Below are positions 44,749 to 52,280 of a stretch of DNA of 64,000 bases, in pieces. How positions within the stretch are numbered: the stretch's first letter is position 1; every line of letters starts with the position of its first letter. This stretch comes from a virus (Duplodnaviria; Caudoviricetes). The stretch spans positions 24,339 through 88,338 of IMG/VR virus record IMGVR_UViG_3300029288_000132, one strand, 5' to 3'. Made by a program: the position numbers and the translations under genes. The notes beneath the pieces are model-generated. The model saw only the letters and a program-made list of their open reading frames with translations, ran no database searches and was not told the DNA's origin.

Positions 44749-46020
44749 CTAGCTGTTCAACTCATCGAGAAGGCGATCAACTTCACCATCAACGTCGTCG
44801 CCTGCCTCTTCGGCAGCAGCTTCTTCGACGGCTTCTTCAACCACCTCTTCAACCGCTTCCTCTTCTGCTGGAATTTCACCAGACAATTCTTCAACCGCTT
44901 CTTCCTCTACGGCTTCTTCCTCTACGGCTTCCTCAACCGCCTCTTCAACCACTTCTTCCTTCGGAGCCGGTTTGGCAGCAGCAGGTTTCGTGGCCGGTTT
45001 GGCAGCGGCGGCAGCGGGCTTCGCAGCGGCGGCAGCGGGCTTCGTAACTGGTTTGGCGGCAGCGGGCTTCGCAGCGGCAGCGGGCTTCGCAGCGGCAGCG
45101 GGCTTCGCAGCGGCAGCGGGCTTCGCAGCGGCAGCGGGCTTCGTAACTGGGGCAGATTCTTGTGCTTCTTCTGCACCAGTGGCGTCTTCATCGTGGTCGA
45201 ATCCACCAGAAGGAGCGGCCTTGGCAGCAGCACGGCCACTAAGAGCGGCAGCAACGCGAGCACACTCTTCCGGATTCACTTCCGGCATCTTCTCCCAGAG
45301 GTTATGCCGCTTGGCAAGGATCTCAGCAATCCGCGAATCGATCTTCTTGCCAGCTTTGTCAATGATAATCGGCCGCTTGTCGCCGATGAACTTCGACTTC
45401 TTGTAGCTGTTCATCTGGCCGTCTTTGACAATTTCCAATTGAAATTGGCTAGCGTTACACTCGTCAAAGAAAACACCAAATGCAAGCTTGTCGTCGGGGT
45501 CGCCGCCGTCATCGTCGCGATATAAGCATTCGAGCCAAATATCGACGACAGTCTTCGGGGCGTTGAACCACAAAACCTTGTCTCTGACCTCCTCAGGATT
45601 GAGGTCGATCTTCGGGAAGTAGAGATTCACGAGGTGATATTGGCCTGGGAGCAGGGCCTTGCCGATCTCGCTGCGTCTCTTCTTGCCCTCGACAGTTGTG
45701 CCATCGATCTCAGCAAGCAGATCAAATGCGTATTCGCAGATCGCACAATCTTCTTCGTTGATGATCCGTGGGCAGCCGATTCGCTTGTTGTCGATGTAAT
45801 GGGCACCGTTCGAAATTGCGAACAGATCCATTGATCGCTCGCAAACAGACTTACCTTCATTACAAACGTCACCTTCCTGCAACGGCGGCAAGATGTAAAA
45901 TCGGTACTTGACGGTCTTGCCTTCGTCGACCTTCGGTGCACGGAATTCGCTCGGGTCCTTGCCCTTCTTCATCTTGGCTCTGACTTGAGCCCTGATGGCT
46001 TCGATATCATAACTGCTCAT
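44749..46020 (-). CDS. single-stranded DNA-binding protein (gp32-like) with KPAAAA linker and acidic tail
   Basis: YRFYILPP, CPRII..EDCAICE, YHLVNLY, acidic C-terminus ...DRLLDELNS; AGGAG SD. Confidence 0.8.
   Translation of the reverse strand: MSSYDIEAIRAQVRAKMKKGKDPSEFRAPKVDEGKTVKYRFYILPPLQEGDVCNEGKSVCERSMDLFAISNGAHYIDNKRIGCPRIINEEDCAICEYAFDLLAEIDGTTVEGKKRRSEIGKALLPGQYHLVNLYFPKIDLNPEEVRDKVLWFNAPKTVVDIWLECLYRDDDGGDPDDKLAFGVFFDECNASQFQLEIVKDGQMNSYKKSKFIGDKRPIIIDKAGKKIDSRIAEILAKRHNLWEKMPEVNPEECARVAAALSGRAAAKAAPSGGFDHDEDATGAEEAQESAPVTKPAAAAKPAAAAKPAAAAKPAAAAKPAAAKPVTKPAAAAAKPAAAAAKPATKPAAAKPAPKEEVVEEAVEEAVEEEAVEEEAVEELSGEIPAEEEAVEEVVEEAVEEAAAEEAGDDVDGEVDRLLDELNS
45071..45142. repeat. four perfect 18-bp tandem repeats (KPAAAA), with degenerate copies to about 44975
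   Basis: GCAGCGGCAGCGGGCTTC x4. Confidence 0.95.
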
Positions 46021-46065
46021 GTGAGTCTCCTAGATTTCTGTAGTCCTGTAGTTACCTGATAACTA

Positions 46066-46647
46066 CTAAGTTTGTCTACCAGATTGTTCTCTTTCTTGTC
46101 GTTTGAAACCGGCTAACGATCGACTATGCTCCGATCGCAGTCTTATCGCCTCTACCATGTGATATACTTTACCACAATTCTTCTGCATAATAGTAAGCTC
46201 GGCCTCGTTTTTAACTAAACCAGGTTCACCATCAACCAAAGCATTCAGCTGTTTATCTGTGAGCTTCGTCCCCTTGATTTTGTATTCTTCTAATATCCTA
46301 CGCACCAAGGCATGACGACGTGATTTGATTTTTAGTTCCAATACTGCCACAGCACTCCGCAATTCGCTATAGATTGCAGCCCAGTAAATGTACTGGGCTG
46401 GGATACGTTCGTGCTGCTCTTCTAATATCTCAAAGTCGATGTCTATATCTTGTGCTAGGTTGACTTCGCAGACGGTACCGTTTTGTAGCCTGATCTTAAA
46501 CTTAAATAAATTACTAGTAGCAAGATCAAGCGGTATATGTTCACGGAACCACTTTGGCAACTCATCTGGTCGACTCTCGTCGATCCCAGAATCTTCTGTC
46601 GGCAGTTCTTGTTCTAGTTCATCCATAACTTGTTTTAAATACATCAA
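46066..46647 (-). CDS. recombination mediator (UvsY-like)
   Basis: IDFEILEEQHERIPAQYIYWAAIYSEL...KLTDKQLNALV...; next to SSB. Confidence 0.65.
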   Translation of the reverse strand: MMYLKQVMDELEQELPTEDSGIDESRPDELPKWFREHIPLDLATSNLFKFKIRLQNGTVCEVNLAQDIDIDFEILEEQHERIPAQYIYWAAIYSELRSAVAVLELKIKSRRHALVRRILEEYKIKGTKLTDKQLNALVDGEPGLVKNEAELTIMQKNCGKVYHMVEAIRLRSEHSRSLAGFKRQEREQSGRQT

Positions 46648-47834
46648 CAGGGACGAAATTTATCTATATCCAAACATAGCATCTTGGGTGCCCACTGACA
46701 CCATTTAGTACCAACATTCACACGGACTGGGAATACTGGATTACTAGCTAGTACTCCAAAGAATGGCCTACACATGATGTTAGATATTGCGCGTATGGTC
46801 GGCCTTAGATTATTCTTACTACATGCTACGGTGATCGAATCATGTGTCTCAGCCAATAATCTAAAATATGATTCCCACACCCTTTTGATTGTCAATTGCA
46901 TAGCTTGTGCAATAGAACCTTGCATTGTGGCGTTAAAAGCTGATCGTGGCTTCTCTGCATTAAAGAACTCACGACCAAGTAAGCTTCCTATTGGTTGCCC
47001 ATCGTCGAGCTTTTGTTTCTGTACAATCATCCATTTCCGGAGATCAGGAAACATTTGAAATATCGGATTATCGATATCAATCGAATTAATAGCACGCAAT
47101 AGCATAATTTTACATTCTTTGCGTGGTATTTGTAATATTTCAGATAATTGCTGATATGGATCGGCTCCAGCCGACATTTCATCTAGGTGTGCGTCACCAC
47201 TTAATATGGCAGCTATTCGTATATCAGCTGCTCTCCAATCGAAATTGATGAAATAATCTGAATCGCTACCGTAAGGATCAGATATACTATCATTCGCAGA
47301 TGTGCCTTGAAGATTAAAACCTGTGTTTTTGCTGCGACCACTAACTGTTCGATGCGTCCAATGTGGAAACTTATGTATGCCACCAACCAAGATCCCCTGC
47401 CGTTCTAGGCTTTCATAAACAATAGATGCATTTGCCGCAACTTTCTGCCAAAGCCGCAGCCTCTGCTTCTGCATATCAGAGAGCATCTCGTTGATTACAA
47501 ACGAAGTCTCATCAAACGTCATCTGCACTTTGGGCAGAGGTGTGAAGACGTCATAGACATTCAGAGTTTCTCTTGGTAACGCGAGCTTGAATCCGGTCAA
47601 TATCGATTTGAAGTCATTGACAACAAGCACTCTATCTTGTAGTAATGACTTCTCCATCCAGCGATTGAGCTTCTTAACTGATTGCTCGATATCGTAAATT
47701 GACCTACCGGCACCGACATGATAAAGAGGGAAGATACTACTACTATTCGGAGTTTTCACCCCAGCAGCAACCGGCAGCATCTTTCTGTCGTACAGCGCAC
47801 AGAAATAGCTAATAATATCATCAGTACGGGCCAT
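46644..47834 (-). CDS. miniature family-A DNA polymerase-like protein
   Basis: TVSGRSKNTGFNLQ, NFDWRAADIRIAAILSGD (motif A), AFNATMQGSIA, ETHDSI (motif C). Confidence 0.8.
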   Translation of the reverse strand: MARTDDIISYFCALYDRKMLPVAAGVKTPNSSSIFPLYHVGAGRSIYDIEQSVKKLNRWMEKSLLQDRVLVVNDFKSILTGFKLALPRETLNVYDVFTPLPKVQMTFDETSFVINEMLSDMQKQRLRLWQKVAANASIVYESLERQGILVGGIHKFPHWTHRTVSGRSKNTGFNLQGTSANDSISDPYGSDSDYFINFDWRAADIRIAAILSGDAHLDEMSAGADPYQQLSEILQIPRKECKIMLLRAINSIDIDNPIFQMFPDLRKWMIVQKQKLDDGQPIGSLLGREFFNAEKPRSAFNATMQGSIAQAMQLTIKRVWESYFRLLAETHDSITVACSKNNLRPTIRAISNIMCRPFFGVLASNPVFPVRVNVGTKWCQWAPKMLCLDIDKFRPC

Positions 47835-47836
47835 TA

Positions 47837-48247
47837 TTATGTTAAGAAATGTTTCTTGTCGGTCTGTCTTTTGCCGCCAGTGCGAAGCTTATCGACAAGT
47901 TCTGCCTTATCGTCTGGTGTTCTCATATACCCATATGGGTCGTTATTCTGCAGCTGATGTAATGCCATATCACGCTGCAATGCTTTAGCGTTCTTTTTTC
48001 TGAACTCACGCCAATCGCCACCGCGAATACGAATACTTTGGTCTGTTCCTAGCAAAGTGATATGCGTGTCGTGGCTGTCGCACAACGGGCATTTCGTCAG
48101 CTTTTGTAATTTCTTCTTTGGCGGAAATACAATGCTGTGCGAAACCTCAAAGACGATTTCTGATTGCTCGTCGTCAGTAAGCGGCCTGCCCACTTCTTTC
48201 TCACGAGCAGCCACACAATCATTACAAATATAGTTATATCGCGGCAT
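47837..48247 (-). CDS. FmdB-family Zn-ribbon protein
   Basis: MPRYNYICNDC...CPLCDS. Confidence 0.75.
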   Translation of the reverse strand: MPRYNYICNDCVAAREKEVGRPLTDDEQSEIVFEVSHSIVFPPKKKLQKLTKCPLCDSHDTHITLLGTDQSIRIRGGDWREFRKKNAKALQRDMALHQLQNNDPYGYMRTPDDKAELVDKLRTGGKRQTDKKHFLT

Positions 48248-48257
48248 TATCGCCCCA

Positions 48258-48659
48258 TTATTCTTTTGCCTTGTCGAGCCCAATTACCATAACTGACTCG
48301 CCGGGTACTGCCGCCAAAATGTTGATGTAGCGGGTCAATACGATACGTGCCTTGCCGTACGCCGGATACAACCCATCCAAATTACAGATGAACTGTTTCG
48401 GATTGAATCTGACCACGTTGCCGACAACGAAAGCAGATCGCATGTCTTCTGGAACAAGTGGCCCGATACCAACAATGATGCCGATAGTCGGCTCCTCGTC
48501 CGGAACGAAAATGGTGCTTTCTTTCTTCGCTGTGATTGGTGCAATCGCAACAAAGTCATTTCCGACCAAAATCGGAGTTACTTGATATTTGTCTTTCTTC
48601 GGCTGGATCATCTCAATAACGGAAGAGAAAGATCGAGCCAACAGAGCGTCTTCAGCCAT
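48258..48659 (-). CDS. groES: GroES/Cpn10-like co-chaperonin
   Basis: ILVGNDFVAI...STIFVPD...GIIVGIGP...VGNVVRF...ILA. Confidence 0.7.
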   Translation of the reverse strand: MAEDALLARSFSSVIEMIQPKKDKYQVTPILVGNDFVAIAPITAKKESTIFVPDEEPTIGIIVGIGPLVPEDMRSAFVVGNVVRFNPKQFICNLDGLYPAYGKARIVLTRYINILAAVPGESVMVIGLDKAKE

Positions 48660-48673
48660 GATTTTTTCGGGGG

Positions 48674-50071
48674 TTAGTGGACTTCGGAGATTCCCATTCT
48701 CTTATAAAATACGTTAGTAGTAATAGGGATGAACTTTGGCCCATTACGATTCTTGGCTATCCATAGCCTAATTATTGCTGGTTCCATTCTGTATTCATCC
48801 TCAGTCTGATTTAGACTAACAACATAATCGACTGGCATCGCCTTGCCGAAGCTTTCTGCTGCTTTATCTAAATCAATATGTACTGCTTCTGCTGGTTTGC
48901 CGTTTGCGCCTTGTGCTCCGCCACCGTTTTTCACACCGCCACGATTAGTTTGCGTTGCAGAATAGACTAGAACCTTTTCGTTCTTTGCCAAGCCTCGCAT
49001 CTCTGTGGCGACACTCTTTTGTCTGGTGTAATCGCCTTCGTCATTATTATGACTGTGACGGCTATTCATCAATTCGAGATAGTCCAAGACAACAACCTTG
49101 GGCACCCATCCCTTTGTCTTGCGATTGGTTTCTATAATTCCATATATATCATTCACACTACATTCGTCTGGCGGCAACTCATAAATAACCAACTCACCAA
49201 ACTGTCCTCGCTTGCTTTGAATTCTATTGCGAACGGTTGTTTGGTTATCGCGAATCGACTGCTGCTGTTCTGTTGGTAGCGAGTCAATATTTGCTCGTGT
49301 GAATGCGCCGATCTCTGTCATCGACATACAGCTTGCGAGTCTTATAGCCGTCTTGTATGTCGATAATTCAAATGTTACGAACAGAACGTTGTGGCCCTCC
49401 AACATAGCAGCATGTGCCATGTTGATTAGCGTTAGTGTCTTGCCAACACCTGTGGGAGCCAAAATAATAAGCACTTCTCCAGTCGACGGGCCACCCTCAT
49501 TCAGGTTGGCATCTAGTCCTGGGAACCCAGTGCCGATATGTTCTATTGCAGTATCGGCAAATATTTCATCAATCTGATCAAAAAACCAAAACCCTTGGTT
49601 TCCGACCATACTAATGCTGGATGCTGAATCAACTATCTTGCGTAAAAACTCATGATCTCCGCGCTGATGTGCGGCTATAGCTTCATCAGAATAGAGCTGC
49701 TCGTATGATTTGTGTTCTACCCAGTCACGCAATGACTGTCGTAAAAATGGCGCTTCTCGCGGGTCTGATGCCCGATCGACTACAGACAAAATCTCTTGAT
49801 GCGGGTCGTCTGCTGTCAGTAATTTAGCTATTCTATCATGTAATAATGCTCGTGTTGGCAAAACACCAAACTTATCAAAGTCTTGTTTCAAGAACCCGAT
49901 TACATATTTCACTTCTGGTCGAGTAAACAAGTCCATAGTAATAAACTTGGACGTCGGAACAAATAACTCCGGAAAGTCTAATAAAAGAGATATGATACCC
50001 GATTCCATATTCGGACCAAACGGCGTATCGACAGTACCAGAATCTTGCTCTGATTGAAGGGCCTCAATCAT
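48674..50071 (-). CDS. replicative helicase (DnaB/gp41-like)
   Basis: ILAPTGVGKT (Walker A), VLFVTFELS, VVVLDYLELM, SATQTNRGG, IAKNRNG; AAGGAG upstream of ATG 50071. Confidence 0.92.
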   Translation of the reverse strand: MIEALQSEQDSGTVDTPFGPNMESGIISLLLDFPELFVPTSKFITMDLFTRPEVKYVIGFLKQDFDKFGVLPTRALLHDRIAKLLTADDPHQEILSVVDRASDPREAPFLRQSLRDWVEHKSYEQLYSDEAIAAHQRGDHEFLRKIVDSASSISMVGNQGFWFFDQIDEIFADTAIEHIGTGFPGLDANLNEGGPSTGEVLIILAPTGVGKTLTLINMAHAAMLEGHNVLFVTFELSTYKTAIRLASCMSMTEIGAFTRANIDSLPTEQQQSIRDNQTTVRNRIQSKRGQFGELVIYELPPDECSVNDIYGIIETNRKTKGWVPKVVVLDYLELMNSRHSHNNDEGDYTRQKSVATEMRGLAKNEKVLVYSATQTNRGGVKNGGGAQGANGKPAEAVHIDLDKAAESFGKAMPVDYVVSLNQTEDEYRMEPAIIRLWIAKNRNGPKFIPITTNVFYKRMGISEVH

Positions 50072-50160
50072 TAGTGGCTTACTCCTTCGAGTTACACAGT
50101 TCATCGAGAAGCTGATCTTCTCTCCCTGTGCGTAAATTCCGATCAGCCCGACCGTACTCT
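50051..50160 (-). ncRNA. putative TnpB omegaRNA scaffold overlapping the tnpB 3' end
   Basis: ACGGTCGGGCTGATCGGAATTTACGCACAGGGAGA-GAAG..CTTCTC-GATGAACTGTGT; stems GCACAG/CTGTGT and GAGAAG/CTTCTC; position and wording typical of IS200/IS605 3' ends as recalled. Confidence 0.55.
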
Positions 50161-51233
50161 AATACGTTGATAGCTGCGTTTATGTCTCTATCGTGCTTGG
50201 TTAGACATACAGGACATTCCCATATTCTATCTTCTAGCGATAAATCTTGTTTAATCCATCCACATTTTGAACACGTCTTACTTGATGGGAAGAATCTATC
50301 GATCTTCTTTATCTCGCAACCACACCACAAACCTTTATAAGTAAGCTGTCTAACAAATTCAGCCCATCCCAAATCGCTCACAGACTTTCCAAATTTGGAT
50401 TTCATTCCTTCTAAATTCAAGTCTTCCACATAAATGGCTTGGTTTTCGCCGACGAGTTTCCTACTCAATTTATGAAGAAAATCCTGCCGGATATTCGAAA
50501 TCCGCTCATAAACACGTGCTGTTTTCAGCTTCTGTTTAAATCTCCTTTTACTTGTATTTTGTTTTCTTGCTAATGCACGCTGCTCTCTCGCTAGCTTCAA
50601 TTGATGTTTCTTGTTTGGCTTCGGATGTTCATATTTAACACCATCTGATGTAGTGATAAACGTCTTCAAGCCGAAGTCTAAGCCGATTATAGGCTTGGAG
50701 ACATCAACAACCGGGTCTGGTATATCTATCTGGATACTTAATGATATAAATATCTTACCACTTGGATTTCTTGAAACAGTGGCCGAAAATAATTTATAAT
50801 TATCTGGTAGATTAGAAATATCACATTTTACGACACCAATTAATGGTAAATGTATGCCATCACTTTTAATGCTGCAATGTGGAGATCCAATGCTGAAAGA
50901 CTGCTTGCTTCGATATTTCGATTTGAATTTTGGATATTTAGATAATTTTCTAAAGAAGCTATTAAAAGCGAAGTCCAAATTGGCTAAAGAATGTTCCAAT
51001 GATTTTCTACTGATCTCATTAAGCCAGGCATATTCCTCAATAGTCTTTAATCTGGTTAATTCTTTGCTCATCTCAACATAACTAGCGGATTTTCCGGTTA
51101 TCTTGTACTGCTCAGTTTTATAAGCCAGAAAATAGTTATAAATAAACCTGGCAGACCCAAAATGTCTATTTAATAGTTCGGATTGTGCTCTGCCTGGATA
51201 AGCTCTAAGTTTGATAGCTTTCTTTATCTGCAT
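50079..51233 (-). CDS. tnpB: TnpB RNA-guided endonuclease (IS200/IS605 OrfB)
   Basis: HTH (KAIKLRAYP...FGSARFIYNYFL), RuvC D/E/D in IIGLDFG, IYVEDL, HDRDINAA; Zn finger CSKC..CPVC; no tnpA adjacent. Confidence 0.95.
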   Translation of the reverse strand: MQIKKAIKLRAYPGRAQSELLNRHFGSARFIYNYFLAYKTEQYKITGKSASYVEMSKELTRLKTIEEYAWLNEISRKSLEHSLANLDFAFNSFFRKLSKYPKFKSKYRSKQSFSIGSPHCSIKSDGIHLPLIGVVKCDISNLPDNYKLFSATVSRNPSGKIFISLSIQIDIPDPVVDVSKPIIGLDFGLKTFITTSDGVKYEHPKPNKKHQLKLAREQRALARKQNTSKRRFKQKLKTARVYERISNIRQDFLHKLSRKLVGENQAIYVEDLNLEGMKSKFGKSVSDLGWAEFVRQLTYKGLWCGCEIKKIDRFFPSSKTCSKCGWIKQDLSLEDRIWECPVCLTKHDRDINAAINVLEYGRADRNLRTGREDQLLDELCNSKE

Positions 51234-51241
51234 ACTTTTAT

Positions 51242-51275
51242 ATTTGACTAAAAAATACTCTGTTTTTAGTCAAAT
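51242..51275. repeat. perfect 13-bp inverted repeat just upstream of tnpB (IS left-end hairpin or operator)
   Basis: ATTTGACTAAAAA-atactctg-TTTTTAGTCAAAT. Confidence 0.8.
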
Positions 51276-51307
51276 TAATATACCTCTATAATGGTATCTA
51301 GATTAAA

Positions 51308-51336
51308 TTAAAGAATAATACTCCTCGTGCTATAAC
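51308..51336 (+). promoter_or_regulatory. sigma70-like promoter with extended -10
   Basis: TTAAAG-17 nt (ending CGTGC)-TATAAC; near-copy of the 34711 promoter. Confidence 0.65.
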
Positions 51337-51357
51337 GAAATAACAAGGACTAAAAAT

Positions 51358-51591
51358 ATGGCCGAAATAATTGCAGCAGAAGTGGTGCAGGAAAAGAAAA
51401 TCGAGCGAACGCCAATCCAACGGATTTGGTGGAGAATGATGCGTGCTATTACCACTAGAGAGTCATGGACTAGAATTACAGCGTGGCGTTATTCTCGCTA
51501 CTGCCGACCAGAATTATCAGTCGGCGAAGAAATCATCAAGGCAATTTGGGACGCTATCGAGCCGGTAAGGAACGATCAGCCACCAGTCTGA
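51358..51591 (+). CDS. small hypothetical protein
   Basis: 77 aa, AAGGA SD, upstream promoter. Confidence 0.65.
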   Translation: MAEIIAAEVVQEKKIERTPIQRIWWRMMRAITTRESWTRITAWRYSRYCRPELSVGEEIIKAIWDAIEPVRNDQPPV

Positions 51592-51947
51592 GCCTTGTTA
51601 ACTAGAAGGCGTAACATCCAGAGTATCAGGTTATCGCCTTGATGTGCTCTGTGTTCTAGAGCTTTAACGAACTTCTTGTCGTACCTATTATCAATAGCTA
51701 TTCTCTTCTCGAACGCAAGAAATTCTTCCTTGTTATCTTCCGTGGCGAGGGCATCGAATGCCTTCCACCGCCGATCCATTTCTTGTTCGTCTGCACCGTC
51801 TTCTTTTTGATCGCCAATTTCATTAAATCGGCGTTTCATAGCATTGTATAGTGCTTGTCCCTGCAAACCCTTCTTCTTGACCGGGACACCATCTTTAGCC
51901 GTAGTCTTATCTAATACTTCTGATAGAATTCGGTCGAAATATCTCAT
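51576..51947 (-). CDS. hypothetical protein, paralogue of 34943-35284
   Basis: MRYFDRILSEVL...GDNLILWMLRLLVNKAQTGG. Confidence 0.7.
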   Translation of the reverse strand: MRYFDRILSEVLDKTTAKDGVPVKKKGLQGQALYNAMKRRFNEIGDQKEDGADEQEMDRRWKAFDALATEDNKEEFLAFEKRIAIDNRYDKKFVKALEHRAHQGDNLILWMLRLLVNKAQTGG

Positions 51948-51962
51948 GCGATATATTTGCGA

Positions 51963-52280
51963 TTAGGTCAGTCCTTGTCGCAAACGTTGCAAAGCGGCTA
52001 ATTGATTTTGCAAATTTGCAATACACGAATCAAGTGCTTGCTCATATCCAATCAGATCTTCTTCATAGAATTTAATTGGTAGAGCACGCTGACCAGTTAC
52101 TCTATCGCCGATAGTTTGAACAGCTGATGGCTGCTTTAGTGATGTGGCAAGCGTATAAACAATCTTACCGCTCGGTTGATATGCAATCCCCTTAATAATA
52201 TAAGCTTCCAAGAAGCCTAAGGCAGCTGATTCTGCTAGGTATACTGTCTGCCCAATACTATATATCGGTGCTACTGCCAT
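51963..52280 (-). CDS. hypothetical protein
   Basis: 105 aa coupled to recA. Confidence 0.65.
   Translation of the reverse strand: MAVAPIYSIGQTVYLAESAALGFLEAYIIKGIAYQPSGKIVYTLATSLKQPSAVQTIGDRVTGQRALPIKFYEEDLIGYEQALDSCIANLQNQLAALQRLRQGLT

Noticed and set aside
45071-45142. 18-bp repeats as a CRISPR array
   Set aside because: Contiguous tandem units with no spacers, in frame within a CDS; no cas genes.
44740-45525. Long plus-strand ORFs (261 aa GSGLRS repeats; 144 aa Ala-rich)
   Set aside because: Antisense shadows of the GC-rich, repetitive SSB gene; no RBS and no independent motif.
46048-46066. Hairpin GTAGTTA-TCAGG-TAACTAC upstream of the SSB gene as a gp32-type autoregulatory operator
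   Set aside because: Only a 7-bp AT-rich stem overlapping the upstream stop; no pseudoknot partner found, too weak to call.
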